Shown: positions 8,154-16,658 of the stretch, one piece after another
Numbering within the stretch: position 1 is the first letter of the stretch
How the letters are laid out: each line of letters begins with the position of its first letter
Source: a virus
IMG/VR virus record: IMGVR_UViG_3300038415_000014
Span: 1 to 64,000 of that record
Direction: 5' to 3' (one strand)
DNA length: 64,000 bases
Notes under the pieces: model-generated
The model's database searches: none
What the model saw: the letters and a program-made list of their open reading frames with translations, nothing else
What the model was told of the DNA's origin: nothing
Translations under genes and position numbers: made by a program

Positions 8154-8588
8154 TTATCCCCGACAGTTGGCCATGATCCGTTCGTACCGGCTTGGTACAT
8201 ATATGGGATCTCGTACCAACGAAGTACCGGAATGCCACTCAAGTGGGATGTCAATGGGGAACATGCCCTTGGCTACAATCTCGGCTCGAATCTCTTCCAC
8301 TGGAACCAATGTAAATAGAGTGTCAAAGTAGCGGTCATCTTCTGAGAAGAAGCACGAGAAGAAGACCTCACCTTGATTTCGAAACCTAGCAGCCCACCCG
8401 GGGCCGCTAGATTCGTGGGTGCAATACTTGGGCTCGTCATACAAGAGCCAGTTGGTGGCCACGCCCTCAAGTAGCTGCTTGGCCATCTGCTCACTAGTAC
8501 CGAGGTCAGGGCAAGACATTATGACCTTCTGGCCCTTGATCGCCAGTTGGATGGCTTCGTGCAGTACTCTGGCTCGGTTCAGGCCCAT
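8154..8588 (-). CDS. Hypothetical protein, 144 aa, C-terminal PSRYERIM motif
   Basis: Tiles with neighbours with 2-nt gaps on both sides. Confidence 0.7.
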   Translation of the reverse strand: MGLNRARVLHEAIQLAIKGQKVIMSCPDLGTSEQMAKQLLEGVATNWLLYDEPKYCTHESSGPGWAARFRNQGEVFFSCFFSEDDRYFDTLFTLVPVEEIRAEIVAKGMFPIDIPLEWHSGTSLVRDPIYVPSRYERIMANCRG

Positions 8589-8590
8589 GG

Positions 8591-9067
8591 CTACTTACCC
8601 AATATGGCTGACTTGATTGTGTTTCGGAAGATGTCAGATAGTTCAGGAGGGATGTTGAACCGCTTCTCGTTCAAGGTGATGCTACGAAAGATGTCCCCAT
8701 CCGCGTGACGCTGGGTGGCAGCCCACCAGTCAAAGAGCATCTCAACTAGGTCTACCAAAGTCATCCCCCGGATGCCGTTTTCGAAGTGCTCTGGGTGGTG
8801 AAAATTATAGGAGTAATGATGATCAAGAGCGGGCTTCATCTCAACTAAGTACTGCTTGTATTCCTCGCTCCCGTAGGTGGTTCCTTTGAGCTTAGATGTA
8901 TACTCGGTGAATATTTTTACCTCTTCCTCAGAGAACTTCGACTGGTCATGAACATCACCACGCTTTAGTAGCTCAGTAGCAAACTGTCTAAGAAGCACTC
9001 GAACTAGATTGATGTGCTTCTGAGTCTCGGCGTTGGTCTTTAGCTCTTCGATAGTAAGTTCAGGCAT
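8591..9067 (-). CDS. HD-like phosphohydrolase, DUF5662-like
   Basis: KHI...RGDVHDQSKFS...LDHHYSYNFHHPEHF...DLVEMLFDWWAA is the His/Asp pattern I associate with DUF5662 phage proteins. Confidence 0.7.
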   Translation of the reverse strand: MPELTIEELKTNAETQKHINLVRVLLRQFATELLKRGDVHDQSKFSEEEVKIFTEYTSKLKGTTYGSEEYKQYLVEMKPALDHHYSYNFHHPEHFENGIRGMTLVDLVEMLFDWWAATQRHADGDIFRSITLNEKRFNIPPELSDIFRNTIKSAILGK

Positions 9068-9800
9068 GCTTCAACCTACTGCTTCCCTTTACCCAATTAC
9101 AATTGAAACACATTACTGAATAGCCAGGGGGGTACCCTAACCCCTTCAGATATTCATACAAGCGCCAACCGCTATACGGACAGTTCCTACCTAGCTTACA
9201 CGGTTCAGTGTGATCCAGAGTCAGAACATCCAAGTCCCCTTCACACTTATGGCAGAAAGAGCATGAGGCTCCTCCGTAGTGGTTGAAGGTCTCAAGTTTT
9301 AGGAGCCCCCTACGTTCACGCTCTCGTGCAGCTCTACCACCAACCAAACCCTGTTGGCGACGCCTAACAAACTGATCCCTCATGTTGCAATTGCGGCATA
9401 AAATTCGATAAGTACTCGGAAACCCCTCAGCCACAATAATATTAAAAACACTTCGTCCTGTTTCCCTACGCTGAATGTTACCCCACCCGCCAACATGATC
9501 AATTGTTAGAACATCCAAGTTTGGCTCTCTACAGATACAACAATGGTCCCCGTAAGCTTCAAGTACACGTGTTTTCAACTTTTGCATACTTGCTCTTGTA
9601 GCAAGTTTATGATATTCTGGTTTTTCAGCATAACTACGTGCAGATCTAGCTCTAACCTTATCTGGATTCCTATCCTTCCAAGCGTCACTATTACTACGTT
9701 GTTTGTTTCGATGGGCCTCCGGGTCACGCTTTTTTCTTTCATAGTAGAAGCGTTTGCATTTCTCTCTGTTGTACTCAGAAGTTGAAGAGATATAAGTCAT
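9060..9800 (-). mobile_element. HNH homing endonuclease with two tandem HNH domains
   Basis: CCIC..LTIDH...LCRNCN and CSFC..LTLDH...MCFNCNW. AT-rich (24/60 GC in the spot-checked line at 9421). Confidence 0.85.
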
Positions 9801-9811
9801 CTTTTACACAC

Positions 9812-10822
9812 TTAGGCATGGTTCACATCGATCTTGGGTACGGCGGCTTGCGCGTCTTCTAGGAAGAACTCGAAGGACTTGGGCTCAGGGAGCACAAATG
9901 AGGTCTTCAAGTACTTGCTCTCATCGAAGGACCCGAGTAGCTCATCAGCTTCCCGTTTGGTCATCCCGAACTCGGTTTGCATCTGTTCTACAGATATACC
10001 CGAGGTTATACCATTTGACCCCATCCCAATAGGTGTGATCCCAGTGGTTGTTTTGGTTAACATCTTGCAGAGAACCAGCATCTCTTGCCGGCTGAAGGTG
10101 TGAGCCTTGAAGTCGTAGTCAGCCCAAGCCGAGAACAAGGCTGGCCACCCGCGCTCCAAGATACCGGCGATGACATTGGCGAAGACCCGGATCTCCCACT
10201 GGGCATGGGGGTCGCACCGGAGCGACAAGAAGTGCATCAGGTTGTGTCCGTCGATCTTCCAGCGCCACTGGGTGTACGTCGACAACGGAAGGTCGATTCT
10301 AGCCAGCTCGCGCGCCACATCCTCGGCAATGAGCCACTCATAGGTCTCTTGAACCCGGTCCCGTACATCGCCCCAACGATGTACAGCCTGGCTATGAAGT
10401 GCTAGATCTTCACTTTCAGATCTCCCCTGCTTGTTGCTCTGGGATTGCTTGGAGAAGTGCTCAGCTTCAGGGGTGTGGAAGAGCATCGGAAGGATGCTGT
10501 ATCGGCCACTCACCTCATTGATTGAGGCCGTTCGGTGGCGGACCCACTGGCGCGCGACGAAGATCGGCATAGAACAGTGGAAGTGGAACTCCACGAACTC
10601 GAATGGGCTCGTATGCTTGTGGCGCCGGAGGTACCGAATCAGCCCAGTGTCATTACTGGTAGCCTTGGTCCCATGCCCGTAGCTGGTCCGCGCGCAGGTG
10701 GGGACAGTAGGATCGGTCCCCATGTAGTCCATCAAGGCAACGAACCCGTGGTCAAGAACTGGGAAGTAATCGCCCAAAAGGGCTTCAGCGGTCTCGGAAG
10801 TAGGGCGTTTAGTCTCTGCCAC
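9812..10822 (-). CDS. thyX: Flavin-dependent thymidylate synthase ThyX
   Basis: RHKHTSPFEF, ThyX motif RHR-x7-S (RHRTASINEVS), ARELARIDLP, DPHAQWEIR. GTG at 10822 after AAGGA is preferred over the track start at 10915. Confidence 0.96.
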   Translation of the reverse strand: MAETKRPTSETAEALLGDYFPVLDHGFVALMDYMGTDPTVPTCARTSYGHGTKATSNDTGLIRYLRRHKHTSPFEFVEFHFHCSMPIFVARQWVRHRTASINEVSGRYSILPMLFHTPEAEHFSKQSQSNKQGRSESEDLALHSQAVHRWGDVRDRVQETYEWLIAEDVARELARIDLPLSTYTQWRWKIDGHNLMHFLSLRCDPHAQWEIRVFANVIAGILERGWPALFSAWADYDFKAHTFSRQEMLVLCKMLTKTTTGITPIGMGSNGITSGISVEQMQTEFGMTKREADELLGSFDESKYLKTSFVLPEPKSFEFFLEDAQAAVPKIDVNHA

Positions 10823-11462
10823 GGAGTATCCTTTCGTATCTGGTTGGGATCTTTGACCTATCATAGTCTTCCATGTCGATAGGTCGTATCTCGCAGGATA
10901 CACCGGGAACTCCATATCTTGACTTGATCAATTCTACTCGATAGCTTTGGTCCAGCTTTGAGATCCCTAGTGCAATGCTAGACCTCTGGTGTGTTGAATC
11001 AGAAGAAGTCAGGCTGGGACCCATCCTCCTTGACTGATAAGTACCCACTACAGCAGTTTGACCGAAGTCCAGTCTGAACATTCCCTCTAACTGGCGCGCT
11101 TGAGCCGCTACCTCATCGCTCCTGAAGTCTGGGGTCATATGAGTTAGAGAGTCTAAGACCAACAAGTCTGTCTTGTCCCGCTTACCAGGGTGCAATAAGT
11201 TCGCAACACGCCTTGTCACATCTTCCAAAGAGGTTACTTCTCGTACAGGGTAATCAGATCTGAACTCCCCCTCTGTGGTGAAGTACACGACCTTGAGCCC
11301 TTTCTTGTGAGCCCTTTCACAGCACTTTCTCAAGACCTGAGTCTTTCCACTACCAGGAGCCCCAGAGAGCAAAGTTAATGCCCCACGTGGGAACCCCCTA
11401 CAATCATGGCCCGAGGCTAGCATACTGTCTAGAACTGGAAACCCAGTGGTTACGAAGGACAT
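10809..11462 (-). CDS. Short RecA/RadA/KaiC-fold ATPase, C-terminal PTRYERIL motif
   Basis: TTGFPVLDSML..GFPRGALTLLSGAPGSGKT, VVYFTTEG, LLVLDSLT, RVELIKSR. Confidence 0.85.
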   Translation of the reverse strand: MSFVTTGFPVLDSMLASGHDCRGFPRGALTLLSGAPGSGKTQVLRKCCERAHKKGLKVVYFTTEGEFRSDYPVREVTSLEDVTRRVANLLHPGKRDKTDLLVLDSLTHMTPDFRSDEVAAQARQLEGMFRLDFGQTAVVGTYQSRRMGPSLTSSDSTHQRSSIALGISKLDQSYRVELIKSRYGVPGVSCEIRPIDMEDYDRSKIPTRYERILRGRD

Positions 11463-12027
11463 CACAGACCCGACTTGACCCGTTCAATGACTTCACCCCA
11501 TGAGTGAACTCTCAAGTCGTCGTACCCAAAGCCTCTCGTAGCCCTGGTGTTCCACAGCATGGGGTTCATACCGGGATTACCTTCAGACCAGCTCAGAACG
11601 TTGTCCAGGTTGTCATCCAAGAACCACTTACCGGCTACTGCATACTTTGAACTGGCGAAGTGGACATCCCCTTCGGCATTTCAAACTCCCGCTCAAGCCA
11701 AGCGTACCTCTCATCGAACCACCCACTATGGAATGGCCAGGTCACCGCCAACACCTTGACCAAGCCCTGCAGCTCACGAATTGCTTCTTTGGCCCCTGGT
11801 AATACTTGAAGGGATGAGCAGAACCCAGGGGTGCTCAGTATCTGAAAAGCCCGCTTCTTTTGCTCCTCATCCAACACACAGAAGTAATCCCAGACCTTAA
11901 AGTCATCGGGTGTGTACTCTTTCCCAGAGACGTAGTTGATGATGTTCAGGACTTGTGGCCTAAGGTCAGCCAGAACGTCACCTACATCAACAAGGAATCT
12001 CCGATTCACTAGCGGTACCGATGGCAT
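11462..12027 (-). pseudogene. 5'(3')-deoxyribonucleotidase (NT5C/HAD family) split by a -1 frameshift at 11668-11671
   Basis: The N-terminus has LVDVGDVLAD (HAD motif I) and LAVT. Frame 0 stops at 11635. The -1 frame continues GDVHFASSKYAVAGKWFLDDNLDNVLSW...VHSWGEVIERVKSGL* to a TGA at 11462-11464 that overlaps the next ATG (TGATG). Confidence 0.85.
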
Positions 12028-12035
12028 TCCCCTCT

Positions 12036-12041
12036 TACACC
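12036..12041 (-). promoter_or_regulatory. GGTGTA upstream element (nucleotidase)
   Basis: CCGGTGTAAGAG, 8 nt before the ATG at 12027. Confidence 0.5.
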
Positions 12042-12047
12042 GGGAAA

Positions 12048-12431
12048 TCAGTCCCTGTCACGCGCTTCAGCAATATTCTGCATCACTCTGGAGTAACGAT
12101 CCGTTCCGGTCTTCCACCCGTCGATCCGGTGTTCGATGGCCGCTCGAATCTGATCCTGCTCTCCCAAAGTCCGAGCGCGCTTGTAAAGCATGCGGAACCC
12201 ATCCGCCTCTTGCTTGTTGAGTAAACCAGACCTCTCGTAAGCAGAAACCGCGATAACGTAGCTATTCTTCCGTTTCCGAAGGATGCTGCTCACTATCCGA
12301 TGGTAGCGTAAGTCCGTAGAGGGGTCCACCCCCAAACATAGCTTGATCCGGAGGAATTGCTTCGAGTTCGTCCAACCGGTGGTACTCAAGGACCTTGACT
12401 TCCAGGCGTTCAAGCTCGCTAAGGAACCCAT
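12048..12431 (-). CDS. Hypothetical protein (true start uncertain, probably an internal GTG), C-terminal TDRYSRVM motif
   Basis: Open frame overlapping the end of 12262..12543; the C-terminal half looks protein-like. Confidence 0.55.
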   Translation of the reverse strand: MGSLASLNAWKSRSLSTTGWTNSKQFLRIKLCLGVDPSTDLRYHRIVSSILRKRKNSYVIAVSAYERSGLLNKQEADGFRMLYKRARTLGEQDQIRAAIEHRIDGWKTGTDRYSRVMQNIAEARDRD

Positions 12432-12543
12432 CTAAGTCGTCAATGACCCTGCTGAAAACATCGGTCCCTTCACCAATGGTCAGTGAGCGCGAGGGGAGGA
12501 TCACCTCATCCTTGGATTGGACTTTGAAAGAAAAAAACGGCAT
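12262..12543 (-). CDS. Hypothetical acidic protein, 93 aa
   Basis: TGATG coupling with the upstream gene at 12543. Confidence 0.7.
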   Translation of the reverse strand: MPFFSFKVQSKDEVILPSRSLTIGEGTDVFSRVIDDLDGFLSELERLEVKVLEYHRLDELEAIPPDQAMFGGGPLYGLTLPSDSEQHPSETEE

Positions 12544-13715
12544 CAGATCACCTCAACGCTGACTCCGGAAGTGAAATCCCCCGTGATTGGGACAATGTCA
12601 ATGTAATCCCAGCAAGCGTGCAAGATTACCTCTGCGGCCGACTCGACCGTCCACCGGTCGTGTACCTCTCGGTGGTTTGTCCCGATCTTCTCATCATCGA
12701 GTTCCAAGTACCCGGATTGACGGAACAAGTGAATAGCCAAGTTGGATGGGCCAGGAGCCGCGAATACTCGACAACCCTGGTCCAACATAGCTCGCGCGAG
12801 GTTGGGCTCACAGAACCACATCCCACCCACCCCGTGGTCTTCCAGGGCTTCATCCAAGGTCATTGCTGGCCCTGCTGTCTCCCGTGAAGTGGCTTCCTGC
12901 AAGAGGGTGCTGACTATCGACTTAGTCCAAGAAGACGTCACAGCAGCCAATGTGGCAGTCAGATGGTCATACTTTGGGTTGGTCGAGAGCATGTCCGAGA
13001 TCATTCTACGGACTCGGCTCCAGAGGATGATCTTGATGGGAGTGCAAGACTCACTCATTGATCCCCCTACTGGGAAATAACTTAGCAAAGACAGTGACTT
13101 ACCAGCTGAGTTTCTAAAAGCCGAGCCTATCAAGTTTTGGACCGCTTGCGAGATATCCCTTCGACCTACCCTCGACAACACCTGGGTTCTTCGGTCACCA
13201 TCCTCCCGTTGAAGCTCAGTCTGGTTCAGCCGCGCAAGGACCTGATGGCGGACCCTCTTCTCTCGGTCATTCTCAAAGGCCCAGTAGGTCAAGAAGGCCT
13301 CGACATCAGGTCTGATCCTCCATCCTCGCTCGACCAGGCTACCGCTCTCGCGCGGTATGGAGCCGGCTTGGTAAAGGCTATCCTCAGAGATCTTGGCTAT
13401 AGCTTTTCCGGTATCCGTGGATACCAATAAGATTCCGTCACCCAGTTGCTCGAACTCGTCAGCGAGGTATTCAGCCACCTCCCCAATCTCATCGTGTGGG
13501 TAGATCTCGTGGAGTACGCTTTGCAGCCGTTGTCGGTCAACCTTGACTGACCTATCCAACTCGGGTTCCGCCTGGGCATCGAGGAAGACCTGGCGTATCT
13601 GCTCACTATCAGGGATAAGCAGACGAATCGACTTCAGCAAGCTTGAGTCTGGTCTAGCTGAACTAAGAACCTCGACTTCAAGACTTGCTGAATCTGATAG
13701 GACTAGATTGGGCAT
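12543..13715 (-). CDS. Hypothetical protein, 390 aa
   Basis: Long ORF tiling the strand, preceded by the GGTGTA element. Confidence 0.85.
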   Translation of the reverse strand: MPNLVLSDSASLEVEVLSSARPDSSLLKSIRLLIPDSEQIRQVFLDAQAEPELDRSVKVDRQRLQSVLHEIYPHDEIGEVAEYLADEFEQLGDGILLVSTDTGKAIAKISEDSLYQAGSIPRESGSLVERGWRIRPDVEAFLTYWAFENDREKRVRHQVLARLNQTELQREDGDRRTQVLSRVGRRDISQAVQNLIGSAFRNSAGKSLSLLSYFPVGGSMSESCTPIKIILWSRVRRMISDMLSTNPKYDHLTATLAAVTSSWTKSIVSTLLQEATSRETAGPAMTLDEALEDHGVGGMWFCEPNLARAMLDQGCRVFAAPGPSNLAIHLFRQSGYLELDDEKIGTNHREVHDRWTVESAAEVILHACWDYIDIVPITGDFTSGVSVEVI

Positions 13716-13723
13716 GCAGACTA

Positions 13724-15304
13724 CTACACCCGAGCCGCGGTACCCACTACCTTGAATGACTTCCCACGTCGTCTGGGGGCAGCCAACTTGGCCTTGACTC
13801 CGTCATCAGTGTCAGGATCATAACCAACCCACTCGGTTAGCTCGTTGATCTCATCCTTCATGGTAGTGATAATCCTGGACTTGGTCTTGAGCTCGTGATG
13901 TAGGATCTCCTCATCCAACTGTGATTTCTTGGCATTGAAGCTAGAAATCATGGCTGATGCAACAGCCTGTTCGATCTCACGACCAACCAAGCCTATAGCG
14001 GATTTGGCGAGTTCAGCAAGTTGGAACCCTGAGATGTCTTGGTTGAACTCCTCTGTATGGATCTTTAGGATGTCAATGACGGATGCCTCGTCAGGTACAT
14101 CGAAGAAGAAGCGATCAGGTAGTCGGTTGACCATCTCGGGTGGAAGATTACGCAGAGAGTTTGCAGTCAGGATCAGGCTTACCGGTGACTCAAGTTCTTG
14201 AGCCCACGTAGAAAGGATGCCCAACATACGACTTGTGGTACCTGCATCCGATTGCGCCGAAGAAGCGCCACCAGCCAAAGACTTCTCAGCCTCATCGATC
14301 CAGACTGCACAGGGGGAAACCGTCTCGATGATCTTGAGAGCTTGAATCAAGTTGTTCTCGGACCTACCAACCGCCGGGTTCCTAAGTCGACCCAGTTCCA
14401 GTTGGACGAGTGGTAGCCCCCACTCTGTGGCTAGGGCTTTGGCGCTCAATGACTTGCCACACCCATAAACCCCCATCAGCAGAACACCTCGGGGGACCTG
14501 AAGTCCAAACTTCCTACCCTCAGGAGTCCAGCAAGACTTGGTAGCTAGAGCCCATTCCTTGAAGCGCTCAACCCCACCCACAGATTTGAAGGTAAACCTA
14601 TGGGTATCGATGATCTGTACCAGGTCGGTCTTACGTATTTGCTTGCGGCGATACTCTGAAACGAAGTTAGGGTCAATTCGTTTACTTGCGCGCGGGTCAG
14701 CCATCACGGAGACCATGGCCTGGGTAATGACCTGGTCAATCTCGTAGCTTGTGAATCCACGAAATAGGTTGGCATAGTCAGCTGGGGGTTCCATCTTGAA
14801 GTTGGAGCAGCTATCAGTCACGGACTTCAAGAGATCTTCTGGATCCAATCCATGCATCTCGACCACCTCGATGTACCGAGCCAGCTTCGGGGGGATGAAC
14901 CTTGAACTCCCAACGAAGATGAGACACTTGACGATCTGAGGGTCGTTGTGCAATTGGTGGATAATGTTGGTAACCTCGCGTACAGAGAAGTCATCATCCA
15001 AGATAACATCAGGATCCGTGAGGATATAGAAGTGCTCGAACTCACGAGGATCATCAGTGTAGATCCTCTTCAGGGCCGCTGGGATATCGCTACCCTCACG
15101 AGTATGGGTCCTGTTCTGCCAATCATTGACCAGGTCATCAATCTTCAGCATGCCGAAAGCTCGATTGAAGACGAATGTCCTCTCCGTGTACTTTGGCATT
15201 TGCTTACGAAACTCTTGGATGAAGGTGTCCTCTTCCTCTGTTACGACATAGATCACTCTAGTCAATGCCCGCAGGTGATGAACCAACTCTGAACTGAAAG
15301 GCAT
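13724..15304 (-). CDS. AAA+ ATPase, Ycf46-like (inactive N-terminal AAA domain plus active AAA domain)
   Basis: N-terminal 'IYVVTEEE' Ycf46-type start, KSVGG.ERFKEW, Walker A GVYGCGKS, Walker B WIDEAEK, TANS..NLPPE, DRFFFDVP. Confidence 0.9.
   Translation of the reverse strand: MPFSSELVHHLRALTRVIYVVTEEEDTFIQEFRKQMPKYTERTFVFNRAFGMLKIDDLVNDWQNRTHTREGSDIPAALKRIYTDDPREFEHFYILTDPDVILDDDFSVREVTNIIHQLHNDPQIVKCLIFVGSSRFIPPKLARYIEVVEMHGLDPEDLLKSVTDSCSNFKMEPPADYANLFRGFTSYEIDQVITQAMVSVMADPRASKRIDPNFVSEYRRKQIRKTDLVQIIDTHRFTFKSVGGVERFKEWALATKSCWTPEGRKFGLQVPRGVLLMGVYGCGKSLSAKALATEWGLPLVQLELGRLRNPAVGRSENNLIQALKIIETVSPCAVWIDEAEKSLAGGASSAQSDAGTTSRMLGILSTWAQELESPVSLILTANSLRNLPPEMVNRLPDRFFFDVPDEASVIDILKIHTEEFNQDISGFQLAELAKSAIGLVGREIEQAVASAMISSFNAKKSQLDEEILHHELKTKSRIITTMKDEINELTEWVGYDPDTDDGVKAKLAAPRRRGKSFKVVGTAARV
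13725..13730 (-). promoter_or_regulatory. GGTGTA upstream element (390-aa gene)
   Basis: CGGGTGTAGTAG, 9 nt before the ATG at 13715. Confidence 0.5.
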
Positions 15305-15357
15305 ACTTAGTACTCCGATTAACTACGGGTAATGTCAAAACTGAATTCGAGGGATAT

Positions 15358-15363
15358 TACACC
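15358..15363 (-). promoter_or_regulatory. GGTGTA upstream element (AAA ATPase)
   Basis: TCGGTGTAATAT immediately after the terminator hairpin, 53 nt before the ATG. Confidence 0.5.
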
Positions 15364-15413
15364 GAAGAAACACGAAAGCCCACATCTTTTTCAAGAAATG
15401 TGGGCCATTCGTG
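15364..15413 (-). terminator. Rho-independent terminator-like hairpin
   Basis: Nested inverted repeat CACGAA/TTCGTG and GCCCACAT/ATGTGGGC (15371-15413), followed on the minus strand by TTTCTTC. Confidence 0.65.
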
Positions 15414-15439
15414 GCGACGGTCCCAAGGGGTCTTAAAGG

Positions 15440-15787
15440 TCAGGCTTCCTTGGAACAACAAAGAACGACAACCTGCTGATTGCCCTTCATCCTAGTGTAC
15501 TGATTGGTGACCGATGTCCCGACCCGGAAATGCATGTCCAAACGCTCCTCGACGGAGTACATCTGGCGCAATGAGCCAATGGCGGTATCACTGGCAGAAG
15601 CGTTTCGATCAACGTCTGCGCCTGTGACATAGCCGCTCTTGGTGTCGATCACAGTATCCCTGAAGGCTCCGGTCTGGAGGATCAGGCGCTCACCTTCCTC
15701 GCGAAAAGCGATGTTGTTCTTGGCCAACGCCCTCTTGGCGATGTCCTTGTCCTTGATTTGAGTTTCGAACCTAGCTCGGTGTGACAT
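15440..15787 (-). CDS. DUF1257 / Ycf35-like protein
   Basis: MSHRARFETQIKDKDIAKRAL start, ...GSLRQMYS, and gene order next to the Ycf46-like AAA. ATG at 15787 preferred. Confidence 0.7.
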   Translation of the reverse strand: MSHRARFETQIKDKDIAKRALAKNNIAFREEGERLILQTGAFRDTVIDTKSGYVTGADVDRNASASDTAIGSLRQMYSVEERLDMHFRVGTSVTNQYTRMKGNQQVVVLCCSKEA

Positions 15788-15830
15788 AACGATTAACCCT
15801 TTCAAAGGTCACTATCAAAAAGTAGAAAAA

Positions 15831-16022
15831 TCAGGAGTGAGTCTCGTGGACCTCATCTTTGAAGGCGTCCGGTGATACTGTCTCATCAGCAACCATGTTA
15901 CCCATAGTAGCATACAGGTTATTGGTTGCATCGCACTGTTGGCGTGTAGCACCCTTGATGTGACCTCTCTCCACATGCCCGTCCGGGTAGACTTCTTCTT
16001 CCCATTGCATCTTGTTGGCCAT
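15831..16022 (-). CDS. DUF2997-like small protein
   Basis: 63 aa with YPDGHVE..IKGATRQQC pattern, located before the DUF1257 and AAA genes. Confidence 0.6.
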   Translation of the reverse strand: MANKMQWEEEVYPDGHVERGHIKGATRQQCDATNNLYATMGNMVADETVSPDAFKDEVHETHS

Positions 16023-16034
16023 CTTTAACTACTC

Positions 16035-16658
16035 CTACTTTGATACACCGGAACCAGATCCGAACCGGACCGTAGCGCCGGCAGTGACAATTACTTCAGA
16101 AGGCGCACTTTGCTCTGGCGCACCCCAGGAGTCAACATTTTTCTTGGTGCTACGAACGGGTACTGATTGCTTCTGCGCCCCAGGTAAGTACTGCTCGATT
16201 ACCACAGGAGTGTTCATTAGCAAAGTATCTCTGGAAATGGAAGTGGTAGATTCATCCGGTTGTGGGTACACCGGAAGTGGCTCGATAATCGCTGGGCTCT
16301 CTTCTGTTACGGCTTTTTGAACCGGTTCAGGAATGAAAGCCATCGGGGGCTCGGGTTCCCCTTCCGTACCCCAACCATGAACGATTAAAGACTCCTGAAC
16401 CGGAGAGAACTCCTGTCCTGCAATACTCTCGAACCGAGGGTCGCCCGGATCCATCCGAGGTACCTTCAAAAAGAGTCGGTCTTCCCATGAGGTAACCCGC
16501 TGGTCAAACTTGGTTTTTCCATGACTACTCCGTGTGCACTCCGGCTGAAGGCATCGAGTGCAGAAAGACTCCGAGAACAGCTCGAAAGTCAGTGGCTCTT
16601 TGACCTTTCCAGCAACTTGTGAGTGACACTCTTTGAGGAAGTCTCGTCGCGTAGACAT
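16035..16658 (-). CDS. Hypothetical protein, 207 aa, Cys-containing N-domain and Pro/Glu-rich tail
   Basis: TAATG coupling with polA; FCTRCLQPECTRS motif. Confidence 0.8.
   Translation of the reverse strand: MSTRRDFLKECHSQVAGKVKEPLTFELFSESFCTRCLQPECTRSSHGKTKFDQRVTSWEDRLFLKVPRMDPGDPRFESIAGQEFSPVQESLIVHGWGTEGEPEPPMAFIPEPVQKAVTEESPAIIEPLPVYPQPDESTTSISRDTLLMNTPVVIEQYLPGAQKQSVPVRSTKKNVDSWGAPEQSAPSEVIVTAGATVRFGSGSGVSK
16044..16049 (-). promoter_or_regulatory. GGTGTA upstream element (DUF2997-like)
   Basis: CCGGTGTATCAA, upstream of a separate AGGAG SD, 21 nt before the ATG. Confidence 0.5.
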
